Shown here in pieces: positions 34,299 through 46,100 of a DNA stretch of 64,000 nucleotides. Where the stretch lies: NCBI GenBank assembly GCA_964187785.1, contig OZ076421.1:20522001-20586000 (forward strand), in the 5' to 3' direction. This stretch comes from Amphiscolops sp. MND2022. Its lineage: Eukaryota. The notes below the pieces were generated by a model, which worked only from the letters and a program-made list of their open reading frames with translations, made no database searches and had not been told where the DNA came from. How positions within the stretch are numbered: the first letter of the stretch is position 1; the number at the start of each line of letters is the position of its first letter. Position numbers and translations under genes: made by a program.

Positions 34299-37200
34299 TT
34301 GTTGTTGTTGTTGTTGTTGTTGTTTTTGATGTGGATTCTCCGCTATTCACTGATGGGATGGCTCCCAAATTCTTTCTAACATCTTTATCCCATGTTTCTA
34401 CATTGTCTAACGTCGCACACTTTTAGACATGTACAGGGGTTGTCTTCGTCGAACTTGTTATCGTAGTGTCTCCACATATCGCCGAGAAGTCTGTCTTTGA
34501 AACCCGTTCCGTTACCAATGTCAACGCAAAATTAACATTGTTCACGATCTGACAAATCTCAAAGAAAAATTCGCTGCGGCTTCTTTCAAGTCCGAGGGAT
34601 TTTCATTTGTTAGTTCATGGGTCTGCGTGCGCTGCGAGTCACTTTGGTGTGTAAGTTCAGAATGTTCGCCAGATTGCCTCTAGTGAGCGATGAAAAAAGT
34701 AGGAGATCGTTCATCTGCACAAACATTGGTAGCGGCAAACTATTCAGTAGCCTCAAACTGTTAGCATAGCAAGTCTGTTTGTTGCTCATTATCCATTTCA
34801 CAGCTTTCTTTTGGAGCCTCTCTAGAGCGTTCATGGTGGCTTTTGATTATTTGGCACAAAAAAGTCCCCAGGTGACAATCGGAAGTACCAGCGATTTGTA
34901 CAGGATCAGCTTTGTGTTAGATTTAACATTGTACGCGATGTTCTGCCTGAGGGAGAACAAAACATTATAGGCATTTTTCAACGTTCTGTTAGCATGTGCT
35001 GACCAGTTGAGATCTTTTTTTTTACAAAGATGCGTAGGTCTTTGACTTCTTCTGTGTCCTCAAAACTGATGTTACCGACTTTATATTGACAATTTATACC
35101 TCTGAACTCAAGTTTGTAGCATTTGTCCGGAGCCAAGCTCATTCCATTGGTGTCAACCCAGTTCGAAATAGCTTCCAATTTGGATTTTATTTGCTCTTGT
35201 GTCTTCGCGACAGCTAAAATCTTTAGATCATCTGCAAATATGTAGGGATCACTAAATTTCAGTGCTTCGGGAAGGTCGTTTATGAAAATACAGAACAACA
35301 AGGGACCCACGAGGAATCCTTGGGGCACTCCATTTGTACTTTCTAACTGCTGAGATTTAGTGTTCCCATATCTAACGTGTTGGGTTCGTCGTTCCAAGTA
35401 GTCACAAAGAATATCGAGAAAGCAGACTCCAACGCCAATTGCACTCACTTTCTTTAGCAACTCATGATGCGGTACTCGGTCAAAGGCTTTCGCAAAGTCG
35501 GTGTAAAAAGCGACTACTGTATCACTAGAATTTTTATCCAAGGCTTCGTGTATGTCTTTCAAAAGTTTCAGCAAGTATGATTGAACTGATCTCCCATGGA
35601 CAAATCCGTGCTGGTTTCTGGAGAGAAAGAAAGAGAAATGAAGGAAGAGAGGATCATACAAGCACTTTTCGAAAACTTTACTGTCGATATTCAGAAGCGA
35701 CACAGGCCTGTGGTTCTTTACTAATTGTTTGTCGCCTTTCTTGTAGACAGGCACGATAGAAGTACTTCGAATTTTGGACCTTGAAACGTCAAAGTTTGCA
35801 AGAACCGATCCTTCGTTTCGAATGTCTTGTAGTGTGTATGGTATTTTTGGAGAGTAAACCGAATGAAAAAACTCGTTGAAGAAGCGGGCTGTTTCGTTTT
35901 CTGAACGACTGACCTCATCGCATTTGTACATTGCTTAAGGAATGCAATTTGCTTTGTTGAGATAGTTGAAGTGCTCGAAACTTTTTTCGGTATTGCGTGA
36001 GCTGAGAAGTTCTTCTTGGTAATTAAAACGATCGATTTCACAGTTCTCTAATACCACGTTTTCTACTTCAGATACGTTATTACTTCAGTATGCAGTAGGT
36101 CTTTCAAGAAGCACTTTCTTCTGAGTTTTCAGTTTGTTTTTGAGATTCGATGTACTTGGAGTTATCCAAGGAGGCGTTTCTTGTCGATGCCTCGTTCTCA
36201 GCGGAACACACTCCTGTATTAAATTTTCAGTGTATTGACACAATTCGGAATACATGGTGTCGAAGTTTGTGTGACAAACTTGACTGAAAGGACGTGTGCT
36301 CATAATGTCAATCATTTTTTGATAGTCAGCTCTCCCGTAACTCCGATACTTCTCAAAGATGGGTTTCTGTTGGTGGTGCGAGCATTCGAGTCTCATTTTC
36401 ACTGCATGATGATAAGTGATGTTGTAGACCTTCGTGAAATCGTTATCGTTTTCAGCCAAGATATTACCTTTCCTTTGAAAGACCAAGTCTATGGTGTTGT
36501 TTGCGCAAGTGGGAAAGTCAGCTACTTGCCGAAGCATGTGGTGTTCAAACAAACCAATGACTCTTTGTTCATAGTCTTCGGAGATGCATAACATATTCCA
36601 GTCAACTGTAGGCAGATTCAAGTCCCCACAGACAATTAGTGGAGTAGCTATTGGTAAAGAGTCGAGTATTTGTTCAAATTCTGAATTTTCATATCGGTAT
36701 TTGCTGTCATCCGGTGGGTTCTACAGAGTACAGAGAACAATCTCTAAGTTGTTGAGAATTATTGAACAGGCTACACAGCATTCAGGTAATACGATGTCTA
36801 GTTGTTTGGAAACAAGCGTGCTTTTCACGGCATTTAGAGAACCTCCGTGAGTAGAGTAGTCTTTAGTAGACGGTCTGTCTGCTCGGTAAAGTTTGTACTC
36901 TTTCAGTTGTAGTTCCGAGTCACGTACCCATCCAACCACGTCTCACACAAACGAATGACATTATACTGGCTCAAAATAATTGCTTTCAAGAACTTTTCTC
37001 TGCTTTCTGCTTTCCAAAGGCTTCGAGTATGCAGTAACAGCATGTTTAATTAGAATAGTCAGTCAGTTTTTTTTCATTTTCATCAATCAGTACGACTTTC
37101 TTTCCATCGTTAAAAAATTCAAAGTTCCGAATTTTCAGTTTGTCAGGTGGTATACTGTTGTTGATCAGTTCTCTCCGCTTCTTCAAACTCAGGTTTTCTT

Positions 37201-37950
37201 TCAAGGCATCTTCCCTTGACAACATGGGCATCAGAAATATGTTCTCATCTTTGAGAACAGTACGTTTCTCGTAGCTTTTTGCTAGCACCAAGCGTGCTTC
37301 GTGTTCCGTGTTGAAGGTAACAAGGACAGTCCTTGACTTTTTCCTATCTTTGTCAATTTTTCCAAGTCTTCTCATTTCTGTGACTTTTGTGTCAACGCCA
37401 ATTTTTGTAAGTATTTCGTTAACCTTTTGGTTGGGACAAGATTTTCATATTTCTTTTATCTAGATCCTCGGGGATCCCATGTATTCTCAGACTTGATGAG
37501 ATGTTGTGGTTCAGGATTTGTTTTTGATCTGATTCCGGCAAGGGTCTCCTCGTAGAAACTATTTCAACATTTTTTGCCGCTATTTCACTATAGCTGTTTT
37601 GGATTTCTTTACAGGAGACTTTCAAGACTTCTTTTACTTTTTTGTCAATTAGGGAAGTTAGTTTCACCTCAAGCAATTCCAGTTTGATTTCAAGTTTGAG
37701 GGCTTCCACTTGTTCATTCGCTTTGTGTATTGTCCAAGTTTTGATGATGTTATTTCGTTCATTGTTTTCAATACAGGTGTTACATAATAACTTGTAACTG
37801 AGTCCGAGTCTTTTATTCCATCCAAGGCTACATTCGAGAACCCAGTACACGAAGGTTCAAGGTGCATGAAACAGTTGCATCCAATGGTAAGATAGGTTTT
37901 CTCATTTTGATTTATCTTGCATTTGCAAGTTTTACAGTTCTCGTTCATTT
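34299..37950 (-). mobile_element. LINE C (CR1/L2 group), near full-length, decayed
   Basis: (CAA)n tail at 34299-34323. ORF1 pieces: PHD-like CKTC...CNCFMH..CTG, coiled coil, LRIHGIPED and RTVLVTF (37046-37948). EEP YRADR...GGSL at 36721-36939. RT FYTDFAKAFDRVPH, GVPQG, FADD at 34978-35931. 5' boundary uncertain. Confidence 0.88.
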
Positions 37951-38726
37951 TTGTAATCTGTTGAGTTTAGGCACATCGAACTGAATCAATGACCCAAAAA
38001 AATAGTTACAAAATCAAACAGATTGAAAACTGGACTCACTGGTTTTCTTGTTTGTTCTTCCTTGCTCTCCGTTTCTTAGATGATGGTTTCTTTTTCTTTT
38101 TGATGAGCTTCCTCAGTTGCCAATTGTGTTTTCTGACGATGCTCAACGTTTTTATTTCGAAAGCTGGTTCTTGATGAAGAGAATCGTATTCTGCTAAAAG
38201 TTTTCTGTCCTGTCGCTTCCCTTGTGATAAAAGTTCACGTGTGACGTGATGCACAGGTTTTTTCAACTTTTTCAGAAGGGGTAGATATTTGGGGAACCTT
38301 TCCGGGGACAGTATACCACACCTTGACAGTTTTCTAATTTCGTGATCTGTTTCGTCAGTTCACTTCCACTTAGTGGGCAGTGATTGTTTGATTTTTGGGG
38401 CGAGATGGAGTTGTTCACTACGTCGAGCCACTAAAGAAACTTTTCGTTGTATGGAAAAATAACTTTTCTAACCAGAAAGTGAACAGTTTTTCTGGGGTTT
38501 GCTGCACCAGGGTTCAGACTAAGTCCAAGGACTGCAATCACTTCTCTTCTTAGTCTCTTCTTTGTTTTTCCACCTCTCCAAAGAATGATTTAACGAGCTT
38601 GCTGCAATGACAGGCATTGATGGGACCACCACAGCTGTCCCTCAAATTTCAAACTCAATCTGAAACTACTTAATAATATTATCACAATGCTTTTTGTTTC
38701 CTATCTTTGTTGGAGTGGAGTTTTTT

Positions 38727-38995
38727 GTCGGGTCGGGGACATTTCGTCACCAACCATTTGGGCAAAAATACGGCGTTGGTCACATGGGCGACAAAAGTGT
38801 CGACCAAATGGGTTGATCAAATTGATATATTTGAAGAGGTTAGAATATTGGTTGTATGGCTCCGTTGCTTCGCTCCCTTCGCCAAGTAGCAACATTGAGG
38901 CATGTCCATATGGCACGTCGCTCCGCTTCGCTTCGCTCCTGCCTTTAGGGCACTAGGGGTATGTGAACATATTTGGCCATTTAGTCTACCGGACC
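38727..38995. mobile_element. Second, truncated copy of the 7913 foldback MITE with module A
   Basis: GGGGACATTTCGTCACCAACCATTTGGGC and the module A core are collinear with 7913-8180; the right TIR is missing. Confidence 0.75.
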
Positions 38996-39192
38996 AACCA
39001 TACAAATTTTGAGCTTTTTTGCCATAGATTGGGTGACTCAATGTTGCCATTGATTGGGTGACTCAATGTTGGCTGATTAGGTAGATTATTTACAACTTTC
39101 ACTTTTCTGCTGATGTTGCATTTTTATATGAGCTTACAAATTGCTCCAACCTGTACCATTTCGCGGAGTGTACGCCTTTGATATAATTGCTT

Positions 39193-39622
39193 GGGTCTAA
39201 TGGAATTAGATCTAACTGTTAGGTGTAACTTTCAGTTCTAATTTTATCTAAAACACTTAGGTCTAACCCCTTTATGATCTAATATTGGTTCTGGAAGCGA
39301 AAATATAATGTGGGGCATATGCGGTGTATGCACGCTCGCCCTCACCGTCGCAAAGACCAGCTCCCACTACGATCGCTTCGCGATCTTCGTTCCCTCTAGG
39401 TCTTTGCTCCTGTTCGACTTCGCTTAGCAAGATGGGAATATATGCGGCCCCAAGGGCACTTGAGAAAATGGGGACATATACGAGGCACGTTTTATACTAT
39501 ATATCATTTTTTAGTTTTAGATCCTAATTGACTTCTTTTTTTCTCAAATTAGATCAAATTAGAAGAGATTTTAAAATCTGATTATTTAGATCAAGTAATT
39601 AGATCTATTTCATTAGACCTGG
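39193..39622. mobile_element. MITE shell with AGATCT-rich imperfect TIRs enclosing module B
   Basis: GGTCTAATGGAATTAGATCT (39194) vs AGATCTATTTCATTAGACC (39601). Confidence 0.5.
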
Positions 39623-39629
39623 TTCCACG

Positions 39630-40390
39630 TAGCCATGACGACGAACCTAAAAATCTCCCTATTTTGTGTGCATGCGGTGAACCTCTTGCTATGTCTCACG
39701 CTTTACACTGTGCAAAAGGCGGATATACCCATCTGCAGCACATTGAAATTCGCGACACTTTCGCTCAGCTCTTAGGAGACGTGTGCAACGATGTTCAAAT
39801 CGGACCGAAACTTCAGCCGTTAGAAGGGTGGACCTTCGATAATAAATCAACGAGCACTGAAGATGAAGCTAGATTAGACATCAAAGCAAACGGACTTTTC
39901 GATTCAAGATTCTGCCGAACCTTCTTTGAAATCTTCAACCTATTCGCTAACTCCTGTCGCAAACAAATTCCAGAAGCATACAAACACCACGAAGCTTCAA
40001 AGAAACGCAAATACGAGCAACGTATCATAAATGTCGAAAAAAGCTCTTTCAGCCCTCTCTTGTTTGCGACTACAGGAGGAGCCGGACCGTCTGCGTCGAA
40101 AATCATCACAAGGCTTGCGGTCAAGCTCAGCGACAAAACTTCTGAGCCTTACGCCGATGTCGTAGGTTTTATCAGAACGAAGGTTAGTTTTGCACTTTTC
40201 AGCAGTTGAATTTTGTGTATTAGAGGATGTAGATCTCCTAAACATACGGTCATTCAGACTGAGTCTCTGAGCGCGATCGTCGAAGAGGGGAGGCTCTCAA
40301 GCTCCCACTGATTCTGTAACGAGCAAATTAATTGTGATATGTTTTATAGGTCGACCATATTCTTTGCCATTTGGTGTTTTGTTTTATAAA
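39630..40390 (+). mobile_element. 3' fragment of a restriction-like-endonuclease non-LTR retrotransposon (CRE-like)
   Basis: CACG...HALHCAKGG...H.EIRD zinc knuckle, then ARLDIKANG, HEASKKRKY, FSPLLFATTGG, KVSFALF*ILCIRG. No RT present. Confidence 0.75.
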
Positions 40391-40519
40391 TTAGTCCTCC
40401 ACTTACCGATGTTTTCACATTTATTTTCACGGGACCGTTACTGACACTGCAAGGAGGCTCTGCAGCTTGCAGCCTCTCGACACCTTCCACATCTTTTTTT
40501 GACAAGCCCCTCTGTAACC

Positions 40520-41422
40520 TGGGCGGTAAATGGTCACTTAGCTTAATGCCGTTTGGCTCAAAGTCATTTGGCCTAATACAGCTGGGGTGGCTGTAAATAG
40601 GTCGAATTTTTCTGGTCGAAAGGACAGAGGTCGAACCTTTTGATCGAATTGCAGGGATCGAATGGAATGCGGTCGAATTTTATCGTATTTGTTGTATGGC
40701 TCGGTCGCTTCGCTCCCTTCGCCAAGTAGCAACATTGAGGCATGCCCATATGGCACGTCGCTCCGCTTCGCTTCGCTCCTGCATCCAGGGTACTGGGGGT
40801 ATGTGAACATATCTGACAACGTTATAAAAATTTCAATCCGAGTTGTTTCGATCCCATTCAAAAATTTGGTATGTCGACCTGAGGACTAACTCTGATTTTC
40901 GATCCCGTTCTTTCGACCTATTTCCGCCCACCCATACAATTGGTCACTTGGCCTAATTTTTTTAAGCTAAGTGTCTCGGGTATTGGTCACTTGGCTTAAA
41001 GTCATTTGACTTGAAACCACTTAGTTGAAAACACAAATTTATCCTTATAACGTAGTCAGCGTATTATTATGTCATACCAAGTACCCCTCGGATATGTCCC
41101 CATTTCCTCTAGTGCGCCTCTAGTGTGTCCCCATTTCCCCTTATATTCCCATCTTGCTAAGCGAGGTCGAACAGGGGCAAAGACCTAGCGGGAACGAAGA
41201 TCGCGAAGCGATCATAGTGGGAGCTGGTCTTTGCGACGGTGAGGGCGACCGTGCATACACCGCATATGCCCACATTATGATATTTCCGGGAGTTGACATT
41301 CGTTCCTTGAGTTGGAATGGAGTTGGCTTAATTTTGTGGTCACTTGGCTTAAAATTTTCAAGCCAAATGACTCGACGAAAAATTTAAGCCAAATGGTATT
41401 AAGCCAAGTGACTGGTAACCAC
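40520..41422. mobile_element. Foldback element with GGTCACTTGGCTTAA repeats carrying both module A and inverted module B
   Basis: Left GGTAAATGGTCACTTAGCTTAAT and right ATTAAGCCAAGTGACTGGTAACC; module A at about 40695-40800, module B at about 41090-41275. Confidence 0.6.
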
Positions 41423-41669
41423 CTGGGCCATACATACGTAGACCATTCCGGTTTCGAGGCGCACGGTCCATTTTATATATTTATGATGGAAGGAAAACGA
41501 TGAGGGAGGAAAAAATTGATGACGACGATCCAATTCTGATATTCCTCCAGTTTATCGCAACAATTAGGCTGTTGTGTCTATTGGTTGAGACTTTTGAGCC
41601 GTTTCTCACAGTAGGCGGGATGGTTGGTGTTTTGCGGACATATTTCAGATACTTTTGAATTTGACTGAA

Positions 41670-42590
41670 TCCTATGCTGGTAATGCGAAAAGAGGCAAGT
41701 CTTGGTGTAAATGGCCTAGATCTAAGCCAAAATCAATCGACCCATCGTCCAGACCTGCCTCACTCCGTCAGGAAAACGCATAGCCTCCATCGATACGGCG
41801 GTGGATGATCGAGGCCTCATGTGTGAAATTACAGCCCGCGTTCATGACCAGAATGTAAAATTTCTTGTGGACACAGGCTCGATGGTTTCTATTTTCTAAA
41901 AAGTTCCATGGGTATTGATAAAGTCACCTTTGACTGTTGAGAGATTAATATTGGTGTCTTCGAGTTGTAGGTGAGGAAAAATCGATTTTTTGATAATAGA
42001 AACCATCGAGCATGTGTCCACAAAAAGTTTTACATTTTCCAGGAATACGAGCGACGCATCTGTGAGATAGAGAGGCAAGTATGAAGGGTTCAATGATGGA
42101 ACCCTTCATACTTGCATCTCTATCCCACAGATGCGTCGCTCGTATTCCTGGAAATTTTTCTATGCTGACACTCAGCAATCGATTTTGGGCATCGATTTTC
42201 TCAAAGCTCATAAGCTCCTCATAGATTGTGAAAAAAAACGGTTTGACTGACAAGACAACAACTATTCCATGTCAAGGCAGTCTCTCTTATTCAATATTCT
42301 CCTGTTTGTGTCGTCTCTCATTCATTTGATTCCGTTAGCGATCGTGATTTGCGCCAAGTTCTCGAAAAGAACCGAATTTTATTTTCGGACCCCATTTTCA
42401 ATGAAGAATTTCATCATACGGTTCATCGCATTGAGACTACAGGAACCGCTATTACGGCTCTTCCGAGGAATATTTGCCCCGAAAAACATGCCACTGCCAA
42501 AGCGGTGTTCGATTCAATGGTCAAGAAAGGTATATGTCGAAGTTCCAGTTCCCCATGGGCGTCTCCACTCCATATGGTCCCCAAAAAAGA
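41670..42590 (+). pseudogene. Gypsy gag C-terminus, protease and RT N-terminal stub
   Basis: KSWCKWP, FLVDTGSMVSI, SILGIDFLKAHKLLID, VHRIETTG...SPWASPLHMVPKK; locally rearranged at 41855-42155. Confidence 0.8.
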
Positions 42591-43197
42591 GCCCAATTGT
42601 TGTGATAAACTTATTAAATAGAGTGATTTGGTTTTATAATTCAACCCAACATTTCGCAACCCAACATCGACATTATGCGACTTTTTTTCTCAAAGGCAAA
42701 TTATTTTTTTCTGATGTTTCCAGTGAAGAAAAAAAACTGTTTTCGAGTTTCGTGGAAAACCTTTTCGGAATTTATTGGCACTGTATCGTAAATGAAAATT
42801 TTCACAATAGGCTGAGTTTTTCCTTGAATATTATTGAGCCTTAGATATGAGGCCGTCTTGGGCCGTTCCCGGCTGTTTTTCATTACACTTCCTTCAAGTG
42901 GAACTCTCTGTAAATGGTCACTTGGCTTAAAGTCATTTGTCTTGCGAGTACTCCTTTTCAGTAATCGATTTTTAACGCTGAACTCCAGAAAATTTTTTTT
43001 TTTGGGGGGGGGGGGCATTAACAAACAAGATCCCTGTACTCTCACTATTTCCATAAAATTTGTCTTCATTGGTTCCATTAAGGTAGCAATCATTTTACAT
43101 CAGCTAGTGCTTTATAGTAATTCATTGTTTTCCTCGAGTTTTTGCGTGGAAATGTGGTTACCCCAGTGACGTTTCCTGTGAATTACTTCAGGTGAAG

Positions 43198-46100
43198 ATG
43201 GATGAAGGCGGTGAACAGCATCCGCGTATTGACAAAGACAGTGTTATTGAAAATTGTTTGAAGATCCTACGGACTCCAACACATCAGAATGGCTTGAAGT
43301 TTTCTACGTTTTTGCACATTTACAAAAGTAAATTTGATCATCCATTCCCTTTTACAACAGACCTCGATACGTTTTTTTCCTCGTTCGCCACTGCTTCTTC
43401 TAATACACAGGTATGAGATATGTGTCCAAAATGTTTCGTTTGAACTCTTAGTTGCTTTGAATCCTTTGATACCAGTTATAATTGTCAAAGATTATTTATT
43501 CACAACATTGTTCGTTTATTACTCTTACTTTGCCCTTTTTGAGAGCAGGGGTTTGCAATAATTAATTGGTCTTCCAATAATTGCAATAATAATTGCCAAT
43601 ATTATTGATTGGGCACTTTTCCAATAACCAATTAATTGGAAATCGTTTTGCCAATTATTGGTTTCATTGGTTTTCAAATTGAAAGCTCTTTTTCAGGTTT
43701 GAAATGAGTTCGAACAGAGATTTTAAAACCATATGCAAGAAGTATTTCACACCAATGGAAAATGACATTTTCAAATGCAAATGTGGCAAAATTTTGAAGC
43801 AAAAAAAAAGGTACCGGTTGGTCTAATTTGATGGTGCATATTCGAACACAACACGAAACAACTCCATCCGGTCCCCAAAATACTTTGGACTTTATGCAAT
43901 GTAAGAAGTCTCAAACCATCCATGATTGGATCGAATGGATATGCATGGAGCTTCGACCTTTTAGCTTTGTGGAAAGCGAGTATGTGAAGAAAAATGTCAA
44001 GCTTGAAGCAATTTCAAAGAATACTTTGCAAAAGTATATGCATCTCCTCACCAAGAAAGTGGAACAAGAAATCATCAAAGCAATGCCAGAAAAAATTGCT
44101 TTGATAGTTGATGGATGGACATCTGGTAGCACCCACAACTTGGGCGTAATGGCATCGTTCTGCGACATGGATCAAAATGTTGAAGTTCCGTTGTTAGCTT
44201 TTTCGCCGCTCATAGATGAGACTTCACAAAGTGCTGCTCAGCAATATGTATTTTTGGAGATGACACTCAGCCAGTATGGCAAGTCGATGGAAGACAATGT
44301 GGTTGCTTTAATCGCTGATAATTGCGAGACCAATAAGGCTCTCGCTGATATCTGCAACGTTCCACTAGTTGGATGTCACTCTCACCGTCTGGCACTAGCA
44401 GTGAAAGAATACTTGACCAACAAAGACGAACTCATTCAAAAAGTGAACACTTTAATGGGAAAGTTGAAGGCACCGAAGACTGCCGCAGAGCTGAGAAATT
44501 TCACGAATTTAAAACCAGTGCAGTATTGTGTCACGCGATGGTTGAGTGTTATGCAAATGCTAAAGCGCTTCACTGAAATAAAGGATACGATAAGAAAAAT
44601 ACCTGCAGTCATTGACTTCTTGCTATCACCTAAAGAAGAACTCGAAATTGAGCAACTGGTGAAGATTCTGGAACCAATGAAATCAGTCACTATTGCTCTG
44701 CAAAGAAGTGATATGGATATGGACTCTGCTCGGACCTTGTTCGACGAGTTATTGAAAACTGTCGAGAATTTTGATCGGAACAAGAAATATATCCATAAGA
44801 ATTGTGCCATTGCCAAAAACAATTCGTTTGAAAACGCTATTGTTAAGCTACAGTCTGGTGATGAATGTGCTCTCAACGTAAATGAAAATCTAGCGTGCAA
44901 AAAATTGAGAAGAACTTCTGATATCGAGTGCGAATTTCCACAGACGGATGACTTCGCGGGAAACGTTTTGGCGAAAAAGAAGAAAGATACCAAACAGATG
45001 AAATACATTCCCTGCTCATTCATTTTGCCGACATCTAATCATTTGGAACGGTTTTTTAGCGCAGCTGGTTTCGCTTCGAATGACTACCGAAAATCAACTT
45101 TGCCGATGAATTTAGAAGAGCAACTGTTCCTTCGATTTAACAAAAAGCACTGGGATTTGAATTTAGTAAATCAAATTGTGAGTGCCTCTGAGTGAGCTAT
45201 TCATTTGAGTGTGCATGCCGCTGAGTGAGCTGTTTTATAATGCGTCTTTTCGATGATTTTTGTAATTTAATCACTCTGAAACAGCTGTTTTTTAAAGTGC
45301 CCAATTATTGCACTTATTGCAGTAATTTATTGGTCAAGGGTCCAATAATCAATTAATTGGTTTTCAGAAGTTTTGGGACCAATAATTATTGCAATTATTT
45401 ATTGCAAAGCCCTGTTTGAGAGGACACTTGAAACAAATGATATTGAGAGAAAAGATATCACAAATGAAATTCATTTCGCACTTTTTAATTTTTTGAATCA
45501 AGGTGCTCAATTTATGCTTGATTAACACGCAATGGATGTGTTTCTCAGATTTAATAACGTGTTTCCTTTTATAGTCAAAACGTTGTTCCTCCGCTTAGAA
45601 TCCCTAGTTCTTTGAACTTTGTGTTCCCAAAATCAGCGGAAAGGCCATGTATTGTAGTTTTTAAGTAGCTGTAGATGCTTCCTTGCCAATACGAACGTCG
45701 CGTGTAGTATTTGTAAAAGTATTAAAGTTTGGTAGAGCGTTATCGCTGTGACGTGCTACAGACCCGAGTTTGAGTCTTTCAATCATTAATTTTTTTGCAA
45801 TTTTCTCTTCCTTTTCTTGTTTGCGCTCATTGAAGTATGGATGTCTGTCTATCGTGACTCCCAGAATTTTGCCGCTTCGGGTTATTTCGCAATATTTAAA
45901 CTGGTTGAGAAACAAAAACAAGGTTAAGAGCGTTCTTACAGCTCAAATAGAATGTTGAAGACTTTCCACCGTTCAATGCAATGAGTCACTCGATACACCA
46001 AACTTACAGCTGGTGCAATGTAGTTTAACAATTTACACCAAGCTGCGGTTCAGTTTCTGTTATCCCATGTAATTGGAAAAGCGAAATTGCAAAGCGAAAA

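Larger units (their letters stand above)
20741..42666 (+). mobile_element. Non-autonomous Ty3/Gypsy LTR retrotransposon split by about 20 kb of nested insertions
   Basis: 5' LTR 20741-20888 and 3' LTR 42535-42666 (TG...CA), followed by a tRNA-Trp PBS at 20891. Gag (PQIWFRQLESQF) at 20940-21535, gag C-terminus AKRGKSWCKWP at about 41680, protease FLVDTGS at about 41860, RT start GICRSSSSPWASPLHMVPKK at about 42525. Flanks TCGG/TCGA (4-bp TSD, one mismatch) rejoin into GTTTTTCG-CATTATGCGACTTTT, a motif also seen at about 49600. Confidence 0.7.

Noticed and set aside
38036-38600. Extra ORF upstream of LINE C
   Set aside because: Lys-rich low-complexity frame broken by stops; cannot be distinguished from UTR or an unrelated relic.
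42269-42844. 191-aa ORF
   Set aside because: Off-frame read-through of the Gypsy RT stub, LTR and flanking repeat.
44436-45023. 195-aa minus-strand ORF
   Set aside because: Antisense shadow of the hAT transposase.
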